From positions 71,982,001 to 72,046,000 of the forward strand of contig NC_083285.1 of assembly GCF_963506605.1 (NCBI RefSeq): a stretch of DNA of 64,000 nucleotides. Direction: 5' to 3'. The stretch comes from Zootoca vivipara (Eukaryota). A program made the translations under genes and the position numbers. Below, one piece after another: positions 36,127-48,500 of the stretch. A model generated the notes under the pieces. The model saw nothing but the letters and a program-made list of their open reading frames with translations. It was not told the DNA's origin and did no database searches. The number at the start of each line of letters is the position of its first letter. The first letter of the stretch is position 1.

Positions 36127-36134
36127 CTTTTGTA
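36127..36134 (-). promoter_or_regulatory. Variant TATA box (TACAAAAG) of lysozyme A
   Basis: Same position and flanks as TATAAAAG of paralog B. Confidence 0.55.
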
Positions 36135-37174
36135 GACCAAAAATTTGGGCAGAGTCCAGATGGTAAGCAGAACACTGATGGGGGGTGGAATAAATATTGA
36201 CAGTAACCCCGCTCCCTGCAAAAAAAAACCAAAAAACAGACACATGGTGCAATTCTGTTTTGATATATGATTAGGAAATATCTCCATATTTATTTATCAT
36301 TTTAAATGGAAGAGATTAAAGCAGGCAGCATATATGCGCTTAAAGACATAGCATCTGTGTAATAGTAAATAATTACCTAATAGGGAAAAAGGCAGACTCC
36401 TGGGACAGAGGGACATTGTCCTGCTGTAAGGGCTGAGGAGCCCAGACTCACTGGAACAAACTCTGGGGTTGGGGCAAATGTCGAGAATGCTTTAAAATGC
36501 TTTAAAATAGTTTTTAATCTGGGCCGTTTTAGTTTTAGTTAGTTAGTTAGTTTGTTTTGTTTTCCTCTGTTGGGGGTGGGATAAACATTTAGTTGGGGCT
36601 GGGGATTAGTTTAATTTTAGTATAGCTGTAAATTCTTGTTGTTGTTTTTTAAAAATTAGTTTCTACTGTTTTATTGGTTTATTGTATAGGTCCCTCTACT
36701 TATAGGTGGATGGAGGACTGTTGAAACCTTGTGGGAAGCCAAATATCTTTTACAGGAGAGTTGTCACAAAGGACCCTGCAGGGCAGAAGAACATGAGAAG
36801 AGCCATCTGGATTTGAGTAATTCTCTTGTGCAAAATCCTTCAGATCCACATCTCATACCATCATTTCTGACTGCCTGGGCTTTCTCTCCACCATCTGCAG
36901 CTCAATGGCTTGTCTCCAAATCCACAAATTGACTCCTGATTCCTCTCTTCTCCCTGGACAATGGTGGACGTTGATCTTTAAAATTTCAGTGATGCCTGGT
37001 GCAAGGACAAAACTCAGCACCCCTACCCCACACCTCATGTGGGAAAACATTGCCCTAAACCCATCTCTGCCCCAGGAACCACCAAATCTGTTCTGAGAGT
37101 CATTCCAATCTTTAGAGCAGATTTTGAGGTTACCTGGGGGAGTCTTCAGTGGAGAGGAGGGAAATGTCCTATAC

Positions 37175-37334
37175 AAAGCAACATAAAAAGATTCCTTCCA
37201 GTAGCACCTTAGAGACCAACTAAGTTTGTCATTGGTACAGTATGAGCTTTCATGTGTCTCTAAGGTGCTACTGGAAGGAATTTTTTAATTTTGTTTCGAC
37301 TACGGCAGACCAACACGGCTACCTACCTGTAACT
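37175..37334. mobile_element. Penelope fold-back mini-element
   Basis: Inverted copies of the Penelope end, partial hammerhead at the centre, GGCTACCTACCTGTAAC tail on the right. Confidence 0.8.
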
Positions 37335-37689
37335 CTACCAAGCAGTAATCTCTTGCCTGAACATGACAGCAGCCTTGGAAACAACCAAATCATTCCAGCA
37401 ACAAACTTTTCTATGCCATTGATCATACTCTCTATATCCATTTTTCCAAAGGAAGGGCAGGTATAATCCTCTCTTTTCCCTGAATGCTCCTTGATCACCA
37501 ACCTGCTGCTTTCTGAACTGGTCTGAATGTGTGTGTTGTGCTCTTTGTATTTTACTTGTAGTGCTGAATCAACACTTTGTTTTGATATTGTTGGCAATGG
37601 CAGGCATTGGCATAAAATTGTGTGCATTGTTGTGAATCTATGTGTCTGTGGGAGAGAGATGGGGGCTCAGAAAAGGGACACTCCAAAGT

Positions 37690-38191
37690 GAGGATATGGC
37701 CAACTATCACCCAGTCTCAAATCTTCCATTCTTGGGCAAGATGATTGAGCGGGTGGTTACTGAACAACTCCAGGCATGCCTGGAGGATGTGGACCATTTG
37801 AATCCCTTCCCATCAGGATTGAGGCCTCATCATGGGACTGAATCTGCCTTGGACGAGCTGCTTGATGATCTCTGGCAAGCTAGGGACAAAATTAAAAGCT
37901 GTTTCCTAGTTCTGCTGGATCTCTCAGCAGCCTTTGATACCATTGACCATGACATCCTTCTGGAATGTCTAGAGGAGCTGGGAGCTGGGGGCACTGTTAT
38001 ACGGTGGTTCCGCTCCTTCCTCCTGGGCCATGTCCAGAAAGCGGTGTTGGGAGATGAGTGTTCAGACCCCTGGGCTCTCACTTGTGGGGTGCCTCAGGGT
38101 TCTGTTCTCTCCCCCATGCTTTTTAACATCTATATGAAGCCGCTGGGAGAGATCATCAGGGGGTTTGGGCTGGGTGTTCATCAGTATGCGG

Positions 38192-38226
<35 letters not shown>

Positions 38227-39770
38227 TTATTATTTATACCCCGCCCATCTGGCCGGGTTCCCCCAGCCACTCTGGGCGGCTTCCAAAAAAACAGAAATTC
38301 TAAAATACAGAAATCTATCAAACATTAAAAGCTTCCCTAAACAGGGCTGCCTTGAGATGCCTTCTAAAGGTCTGGAAATTGTTCTCTTTGACCTCTAGTG
38401 GGAGGGCATTCCACAGGGTGGGTGCCACTACCGAGAAGGCCCTCTGCCTGGTTCCCTGTAACTTGGCTTCTCGTAATGAGGGAACCGCCAGAAGGCCCTC
38501 GGAGCTAGACCTCAGTGTCCGGGCAGAACGATGGGGGTGGAGACGCTCCTTCAGGATGATACCCAGCTCTACCTCTCTTTTAAATCAGAACCAGTGAAGG
38601 CGGTGAAGGTCCTGTGTGTCTGGAGGCGGATGGAGGGTGGATGGCGGTTAACAGATTGAGGTTGAATCCTGACAAGACAGAAGTGCTGTTTTGGGGGGGA
38701 CAGGGGACGGGCTGGTGTGGAGGACTCTCTGGTCCTGAATGGGGTAACTGTGCCCGGCGCACAGCCTGGGAGTCATTTTGTCCATGGAGGTGCAGGTTAA
38801 TTCTGTATCCAGGGCAGCTGTCTACCAGCTCCATCTGGTATGCAGGCTGAGACCCTCCCTGCCCACAGACTGTCCCAGTAGACCTGAAGGAGCGTCTCCA
38901 CCCCCAATGTTCAGCCCAGACACTGAGGTCCAGCTCCGAGGGCCTTCTGGCAGTTCCCTCCCTGTGAGAAGTGAGGTTACAGGGAACCAGGCAGAGGTCC
39001 TTCTCAGTAGTGATGCCCACCATGTGGAACGTCCTCCCATCAGATTGTGGGAATGTTCAGGGTTGCAGGAGAGGATATATTGTTTATTAATATCCTTCCT
39101 AACTTGCACTAGCAAGTTCCTTTACTTAGCAGAGTTTACATTCCCCTTCTCACGCACAGCAGAAAGCTGGTTGCAGGCTTGTTAGAACCTCTTACTATTA
39201 TGCAATTCAATCTGGCTCAGATTGAATTGTATGTTCTTGGTCAGATCCCCTTTTAAACTTTACTCACGATCAGGCAGAGCACAGTGTGATCCCTGAAGGC
39301 AGGCTTTAGGCTTAAAGTTACAAACTTATACTAACAGGTTTACCCCATAAGGGAGATGACCTGGGGGACTGTTTGACTGGCAGCCAGCAGTCCAGGAAGT
39401 TTGCAGAAGAAGATCAAAGAGAGAGAGAGAGGTGGCTGCGTGACTTGTCCTTTCACCAGGTCCGGGAAGGTCACGCCCACCCACTAGTCACATGCAAGGA
39501 AGGATACTCCAGGCCAGGAGGAACAGGATGTTTCGACTGGCTGGAGTAACATCCCCTTGCATGTCCACTCTAGCAAAACAAGGAATATTGTATTTGACTG
39601 CTCCCAGTGGATTACAACCCACACAGATGTCAAGGAAATAAACAACTATCTGACTTTTAGAAGACATCTGAAGGCAGCTCTGTTTAGGGAAGTTTTTAAT
39701 GTTTGATGTTTTATTGTGTTTTTAATATTCTGTTGGGAGCTGCACAGAGTGGGCAGGGTATAAATAATAA
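37690..39770 (+). mobile_element. L2-type LINE fragment with nested insertions
   Basis: [41 protein letters not shown]; interrupted by an inverted 3' end of the same family (~38192-38555) and by a solo LTR. Confidence 0.85.
39046..39623 (-). mobile_element. Solo LTR (578 bp) inside L2
   Basis: TGTGGG...CCCACA termini; TSD CAGAT at 39041-39045 and 39624-39628; strand inferred from TTTATT near 39083. Confidence 0.8.
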
Positions 39771-40486
39771 GTTGTTGTCATAATCTCTGTTCCAAGACAG
39801 TTCACTCTGCTCTATCAAGAAATTCCTCATCTTTCCCATTAGCTCAAAGTGTGGGTAGGTGGGCCTCAAGTTGCTGTACCTCCTCTTCCAGCAAGACAAC
39901 CAGCTTGTGCTTGCTGGAGGAGTAATTTTGCGTATTCACAGGTAGGAGGACAAACATGGAATGAGCGTAGCCAAGGGGTGGGGTAATCTGACCTCAAAAG
40001 CTCAACAAAAATCCTGGCTATGCCCATGAAATATGGCACAGATATTCCTTATCATTCATGTCTCTTGGTCCAATGTACACTGTGAAGTAGCACTCCGGGT
40101 CTCCCTCTCAAACTCCTGGATTTGAGCTCCCAGAGACTGCAAACAGCTAAAGAGAACTGTGCTGAATCGAAACAAACAGCAATGGGGTTTTCTATGGAAT
40201 GCTATTTGTTCTGATTTAGAACTAAAGAACAGGTTTCCGAGGGGAAAGCAGCAGGGCCAAGGCAAAACCTATGTCTAGAAAGCACAAGCAGAAAACTTCC
40301 TGACCTGTGCTTTCCAGGTACGGGTCAGGTGAAAGTGTTGACAGGCTCTGTATCTACACAGGTTGTACCTCCTAGAGACTAGCATGGTTATAAAAGTAAT
40401 CAGCAATTCATCAGCTTGCCCATGCTGGTTATTGGACACTATTACACAGGTATTGTGGTGCAGCCCAACTTGCCTCTCAATTTCCT

Positions 40487-40755
40487 GGCAACCTAGCAGT
40501 TCGAAAGCAAGCCAGCGCAAGTAAATAAATAGGTACTGCTGTGGCGGGAAGGTAAATGGTGTTTACATGTGCTCTGGCTTCAGCCACGGTGTTCAGTTGC
40601 GCCAGAAGTGGTTTAGTCCTTCTGGCCACATGAGCTGGAAAGCTGTCTGGGGACAAACACCAGCTCCCTCAGCCTGAAAGCAAGATGAGCGCTGCAACCC
40701 CATAGCCACCTTTGACTGGACTTAACCATCCTGGGGTCCTTTACCTTTTTTACCT
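40487..40755 (+). mobile_element. Sauria SINE, 5'-truncated
   Basis: CAACCTAGCAGTTCGAAAGC...GGGGTCCTTTACCTTT. Confidence 0.8.
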
Positions 40756-41152
40756 TACCTCTCAATTATGTAACAACAACAACAATTCTTCTTCCTTAAT
40801 AACCAATAAGTACTCAGTGGAATCAGGGAACAGAGCAATGTTTGATTGCTTCTTGCTTTTTGCCCCTCCCATTCACCCATCAAACAGGAAAAGAGTTTTA
40901 ACTGGACTCAATTTATTGAAGTTCTTAAAGCAGAGAAGCCAAGAATGCCAAGCAAGACCTCCAGACACATTTTTTTTTATTTAAAAATGCACTCTCTCCT
41001 TCCTGTAGAAAGAGAGCTATTCTACTGCACCATAGGAGTTACAGTATGTAAATGCTTGTATGGAAACAAGCAGCTGGATTTTGATTGTAGAGATCACTTT
41101 CACTGAAGGGGAAATCCAGAGAAATGCTGCATCTCATACAGGACTATGGAGC

Positions 41153-44100
41153 TCAAAGGCTGCAGCCAATTGTCCACTCAGAGAGATCCTTTCCTTTGCA
41201 ATGGTTCTTCCAAGCAACCCTGAAAGAAAAAAATTGAAAGCAAAAAATGAGGATGGTGGGGAGTAATGCGACAGCTCTTTGGACTGCTATGGGTGAAATG
41301 GATTGCTTTTAAAAACCTCCGAAAGCTTCCCAGTGAGGCATCAGCTGCTCATTCCCTCTTGCTGTTCACTGTGTGACCTTGACTGGGCCAGACTAACCAT
41401 AGAATCACATCATGTTTTGCCCCCTGGCCCCCCTCCTGCTCCCCTGCCATCTATTAAAAACCCATCCCTGATTTCTTTTCTTTTCTTTTCTTTTAACAAC
41501 ACAGGGACTCGTGCAATTTACAAGACACACCATGGCCTCTCCAAGAAATAAATCATTCCCAAGTTCATGTTACATACATTAAAGTTGCCAAATGCCAATA
41601 ACTGTCCTTGTATTTAGTTTTACAAGATGCATGTGTAACAAGGTTCTGCCAGTGGTGTAAAATGATTGTCATTTTTTCTTTTCCTTGCATAATCTGCATT
41701 TTAAGGACAATTTTCTTTCTATTGCTAAAATCCAAACCGTTCTGTACTGTACTGTCAAGTTTAGGCTACCCAGATTTCCCCCCTGTCAGGTGATGATTTG
41801 TCCGGCTACAATTAGCAAATGCAAAATTAAGTCCTTGATAAGCTTATTATACCCTGTAAACATAGAAAGCAAAAAACATTCTGGAGTGAATTCAAGATTA
41901 TCACTTGTAATGCTAATCAGTTCCCTTTGGACATTAGACCAGAACCTTCATATTGAGGTGCATTTCCATCAGAAGAATGACCAGTGTTGGTGGTCAATGT
42001 AGAGTCTACCTATCCACACCCCAGAATGGCCTGATGGAACCTCATTTGTCATGGAACTTTAAGCATTCTAAAGACCAGCTTTCTCAAAGCAGGTGCCCTC
42101 TGTATATTTTGGACTACAACTCCCATCATCCATGTCTGTTGGCTGCACTGGCTGAAGGTGATGGAAATTAGAGTTCAAACTATTGGGAAGGTGCCAAGCT
42201 GGGAAAAGCTGCTCAAGATCCTTGTATTTGTATCCATTCTCCTAGTTTTCTCATAAACCACTTTTTAACCCCCCAGGACGAAGAACAAATGGAAAAGCTG
42301 CAGTACATGAACCTAATAAGAGCCTGGCTGGGTCAGGTGGAAAGACTATCTATTGCAGCTCCTGAACCGCTTGCTGTGCTGTGCGATGCTATGCCTTGTA
42401 GTGGCCTTGAACATAAGAACATGTTCCCCAACAATTTGCCAGGTATCAGACTCTCACACTGGCTCAGGACTGCAATACCTCAAAGACCACCTCTCTCAAT
42501 ATGAACTGTGACCAGAACCTTGTATTGATCATCTGAGGCCCCTCTAGATGTAATAATAATAATCTGCTTATTTACAGCTACTGTTTCTGGGTATGAGGAA
42601 GCAAGGGGAAATCTTTAAAATAGTTTCAGTTTCCCAAAGTCATCTGCCCCAGGGTTTCCCCCCAATCAGCAACCAAACTCATACTGCCTCATCCTTTCCT
42701 ACATTACAATCTATTTATTATTATACCTATATTCCACATTTCCTTCAAGGCACTCGGGGTGGCCTATGTGGTTCTCCCCTCTCTCTTTCTTATCTTTTCA
42801 AGAACCTTGTGAGGTAGATGAGGCTGAGAGACCAAGTATCAGCCCGTGAGCTTGCAGTGGCATAGCATGGGAGGGCACAGGGGCAGTTGCTGTGGGTGCA
42901 CAATTGTTAAAGGTAAAGATAAAGGGGACCCCTGACCATTAGGTCCAGTCATGACCGACTCTGGAGTTGCGGCGCTCATCTCGTGTTATTGGCCGAGGGA
43001 GCCGGTGTACAGCTTCCAGGTCATGTGGCCAGCATGACAAAGCTGCTTCTGGCAAACCAGAGCAGCACATGGAAACAATGTTTATACCTATTTACCTACT
43101 TGCACTTTGACAAGCTTTCGAACTGCTAGGTTGGCAGGAGCTGGGACCGAGCAACGGGAGCTCACCCCGTCACGGGGATTCGAACCGCCGACCTTCTGAT
43201 CAGCAAGCCCTAGGCTCTGTGGTTTAACTCACAACGCCACCCACGTCACTTGTTAGGGGTGGAAAATTTTAACACCCAGTGCTGCCTCAATACAGCTGTG
43301 CCCTTCTGTTGCTGGGCTCTCTTGAAAATGGTTTCTCCATGTGAACCCAGGAAGAGACCTCTCCAGACAACAGAAAAACTCTTCTAATCCCTGCAACTGC
43401 AATCTCCTGCGTGACACCAACACTGTTAGGCAGTGTGCATGTGTACTTCAAGCATTTCCCTTCCTCCCACTGACCCCTCTGCACGGCCCGGGTGCTGGCA
43501 ACCCGTGCTATGCCACTGTAAGCCAGGATTTGAACTTAGGCCTGTCAGGTCCATCACTTTTAACCACTGCTGTACAGTTGTTAGACTGTTCCCTTAAACT
43601 CACACCTGGATACTTACAGCTCCCAATAGGCAACAGCCACCAAAAGCCACTGCTGTACGTTTAAGGAAGCACCTTGGAGGCATCACCAGTGTCTAGTAAG
43701 GAAGAATCTTTAGCTGCTAGCTGCAACAAAGCCTGGTGAAAGACACATCCCTATGCAGTCACAACGATCGAAATCTCAGCTGCTATTGAGTCTTGGCAGC
43801 AGTGAGAAGTTAGCAAGACTCACCAGGCATCCATCCCTTGGGGGTCACGAACGACTGTCTTAGCACACTCAATGTCATCTGTGATGTTGTCATCTGTGAA
43901 AGCTGTTGAAAAAAATAGCAGAAAGAAAAGGAGGGTATTTGGTTTTCTAAAGAGCTTCTTTCCAACCCCATAAAGCAAATCCTGCCTTTGCACTCAGGAA
44001 GGATACATTGGGTTGCCTCAGAATCGTGGAAGTGCTTTCCCCTTCAAACTCAAAGCCAGAATACTTTGGGTGGGTTAATGGAGAAGACTCTTTATGCAGC

Positions 44101-45476
44101 CAGCTGCAGTAGCCACAGAACAGCCAGAGTTTTCAACCCCCATCTTGTCTCTTTATCCTCCAGACAGGCAAGCAAGGAGGTCTCATCACAGTTCAAGCGC
44201 CCATTCAGGTGAAGCACTTGAGCGGGACACAGAACAGGGCCGTGAGAGAGGGCATGGGCAAGGGAAAGTCATGAGAGGTGGACAGATATGTCTGGAAGGC
44301 CACATTTGCCCTGTGTGGGGGTTATGTGTTTGTGTGTTAATTATAGTGACTACAAGTTCAAGAGAAATGTTTTCCCTCTCCCCTCATCATGTGTGCCCTG
44401 TGCCCTTGCCAAATCTGCTTCAGAGTGTCAGGGGGACACACCCCCCCCCCACCCTTATAACAGATTGAGGAGTCGTGCTGGGAGAGGAGAGGGGCATGAT
44501 CTTCCAGTGAGGAAACAGAAATCCTTGGCTTATGGAACATTTATTTAGTGCTGTGTTGGATTCCACCCTTTGCTGGCTACTCAGTAACAGCTGTAGGAAT
44601 CATAATAGTGCTACTTATTCACACAATTAATTCACCTTACTCAAACCATTCCGGCTGTCATCATGTATGGGTGAAGGCCTGAAAATGCATTTTCTTACAC
44701 TAGAATCATGGAGGGCTAAAGAGTGTGTCTGGGAATAGGTAGTGGGGGTTTTTTTTGGGACTGCCTCCCCTTCCATCCTTGACTGAAGTTTGGAGAAAGG
44801 GGAGCAGAAGAAGCCGATGTGTTGATGATGGTTTCCAATAAGAACTGGATCTGGGGGCGAAGAGGAAGCAATTCTTCAGAACTATTCAACAGAGAGGGAC
44901 AGGTAATGGTTTTTATTTGCTTCTCCTGCAAGACTCAGTTGTTGGCAAGGAACAGGGCACGAACTTCAGTTTGTTCTTCACCCTATTATCTTATTTGCAC
45001 TTCCTGAAATAATATGCCATCTTAAAGACAGATATCTTTCAAAAGAGAACAACATAGAAAGATGCATTACATTAGTTACAGTTGCATACAAATGTATGTA
45101 TATTAGGAGAAATGCAACCAAAAATGCAAATGAATGTGCTACTCTTAAAAAAAACAAAACAATTTTAGGCAGAAATATGGAGAACTGAACTTTAGACAGG
45201 GAAAATGAGAAACTGCCTTACTGGAAGGCCACTTCTAAATGGCCATTGCTGTAGTGGTGGAGTTGCAAGGGTGAGGCAAGGGACACAGGAGTAGGATGTA
45301 TGAGCAACAGATCAGACCTCTCTCTAGGGCACCACAGACACCAGGAATAAACAAGACAATAGCCATGCATTAGTTACTATCACTGTATGGCGGGGTGGAA
45401 GTGGGTATGATAGCATCTCATGCCATTCAGTACAAGTGTGGAAGTCAGAACTTGTTCAGTGAGAGGATTTAATATT

Positions 45477-45507
<31 letters not shown>

Positions 45508-48500
45508 TTTATACCCCCCCCCCCACCATCTGGCATACATCACTCTGGTGAGACTGTGGGCAGGGGGGATCTCAGCCTGCGTACCAGATGGAGCTGGTAG
45601 ACAGCTGCCCTGGACACAGAACTGACCTGTGCCTCCATGGACAGTTGGGAGTCCAAAATGTCTCCCAGGCTGCGCACCTGGTCCTTCAGGGGCAGAGTTA
45701 CCCCATTCAGGACCAGGGAGCCCCACACACCTGCCCACCCCCTTTGGCTGATTAAACAATCTAGAGCCTTTTAAACAATAATAATATTATAATATTAACA
45801 ATAATAGTATTAACAATAATAATGACAGGAATGGACAGATTTGTCCTCCGTTGTTGCTTCTGTGAACCAGTGACAAGGCAGGTCTCCCAAGCATGCTGGC
45901 CTCACCTTCTGGACTGCAGGGAGCCTGGTCCCTCCGAGATGGCTGGTGGGTCAGGGCAACAAGAGAGAAGCCCGAGGTTGTTGAGGTGGGCAAAGCAAGG
46001 CTAGGCCTGTCCCTGGTCTTCGCTTATTAGAACAGAGACACAAGTTGGAATGTCTTGGGGGTGGGTGGCAATAGGAATGTAGTGATAAGGTGGGGAATGA
46101 GGTTTCTAAGTGAGGGTGTGGATTGCAGTGGGAGAATGGGAACTGAAGGGAGACAAACGGGTTGCTCCCTTCAAAAACACAACCCATTCTCTTTGGGAAA
46201 TCGCAGAGACCTTTTGTTAGCCTTCTGTATGACACCAAGTTGCTTACCACTGCAGGAGATTCTGCATCCATTGGCTGTTTCGCCCTGTTGATTGTCACAC
46301 CAATAGCGGCTGTTTATTTGAAAAACCCCATAGTCCTGACTGCCATCTGTGTTTGGTGGCCCCACAGCACTACTTTCGTATTTGCTTTCATGGTAAGCTG
46401 TGCAGATCCCTGGAACAAAGTGAGAAGGGAAAGGGCAGAGGAGAGAGGAAACAACTTGAAAGCATTCTCTCAGTTAACTGTAGCAAATGTGTGTGACTTA
46501 AAAACAAAACAGCACTGAAAAGAAACATTTAGAGGTTATGCATTGGATTCAGGCAAAGCCTGAACAGAACTTGACTAATCTGGGCTTTCGCCAAGAATGA
46601 GTGGAGGCAGCCCTGGACTGCTGCAGATATGGGGCTATTGGCTGGGGCATCAAGCAGGGAGAAGGAGAGGCAGGGAACTCTAACACAGGGGTCTGCAAAC
46701 TTTTTCAGCAGGGGGCTGGTCCACTGTCCCTCAGACCTTTGGGGGGGGCGGACTATATATATATATATTTTGGGGGGGATGAAAAAATTCCTATGCCCCA
46801 CAAATAACCTAGAGATGCATTTTAAATAAAAGGACACATTCTACTCATGTAAAAACACGTTGATTCCTGGACCGTCTGGGCCGGATTGAGAAGGCGATTG
46901 GGCCACATCCAGCCCCTGGGCCTTAGGTTGCCTACCCATGCCCTAGCACTTGTAAACCAGCACCCAGGAGAAATGAATCCTCCGTTTATCAGCTGATGAG
47001 CAAAGGATTTGATGCTGCTGTGCTCTGGAGTATTGTGCTTTGCAAAGCAGCCCCCCCCCCGACTGAATCCTCAATGAAGTTGGAAGCAGAGAGGAGACAT
47101 AGCTCTTAGAATCACAGAATGATAGAAGTGTAGAGTTGGAAGAATCATCTAGTCCAACCCCCTGCAGTGCTAAAGTATCCATGGCCATCCAACCTCTGCT
47201 TAAAAACTCCCTATAAACTCCCTTCATGGATCAATGCCTTGTCGTGGCGAAGGGGCTTGAATAACTCAGAGAAGCTATGAGCTATGCCATGCAGGGCCAC
47301 CCAAGATGGACAGGTCATAGTGGAGAGTTTTGACTAAACGTGATCCACCTGGAGAAGGAACTGGCAAGCCACTCCAGTATCCCTGCCAAGAAAACTCCAT
47401 GGACAAAGACAACAGGCATATAAAAGTTATGACGCTGGAAGATGAGCCCCTCAGGTCGGAAGGCGTCCAACATGCTACTGAGGAAGAGCGGAGGACAAGT
47501 ACAAGTAGATTCAGAGCTGATGAAGCGGCTGGGCCAAAGCCGAAAGGACGCTCAGTTGCGGATATGCCTGGAAGCGAAAGGAAAGTCCGATGCTGTAAAG
47601 AAAAATATTGCATAGGAACCTGGAATGTAAAATTTTTAAAAGATGATGCTGTTAAGGTGCTACACCCAATATGCCAGCAAGTTTGGAAAACTCAGCAATG
47701 GCCAGAGGATTGGAGAAGATCAGTCTACATCCCAATTCCAAAGAAGGGCAGTGCCAAAGAATGCTCCAACTACCGCACAATTGTGCTCATTTCACACGCT
47801 AGCAAGGTTATGCTTAAAATTCTACAAGGCAGGCTTAGGCAGTATGTGGACTGAGAACTCCCAGAAGTGCAAGCTGGATGTCGAAAGGGCAGAGGAACCA
47901 GAGACCAAATAGCAAACATGTGCTGGATTATGGAGAAAGCTAGAGAGTTCCAGAAAAACGTCTACTTCTGCTTCATTGACTATGCAAAAGCCTTTGACTG
48001 TGTCGACCACAGCAAACTATGGCAAGTTCTTAAAGAAATGGGAGTGCCTGATCACCTCATCTGTCTCCTGAGAAATCTCTATGTGGGACAAGAAGCTACA
48101 GTTAGAACTGGATATGGAACAACTGATTGGTTCAAAATTGGGAAAGGAGTACGACAAGGTTGTATATTGTCTCCCTGCTTATTTAACTTATATGCAGAAT
48201 TCATCATGCGAAAGGCTGGACTAGATGAATCCCAAGCAGGAATTAAGATTGCCGGAAGAAATATCAACAACCTCAGATATGCAGATGACACAACCTTGAT
48301 GGCAGAAAGTGAGGAGGAATTAAAGAACCTATTAATGAGGGTGAAAGAGGAGAGCGCAAAATATGGTCTGAAGCTCAACATCAAAAAAACCAAGATCATG
48401 GCCACTGGTCCCACCACCGCCTGGCAAATAGAAGGTGAAGAAATGGAAGCAGTGAGAGATTTTACTTTCTTGGGCTCCTTGATCACTGCAGATGGTGACA

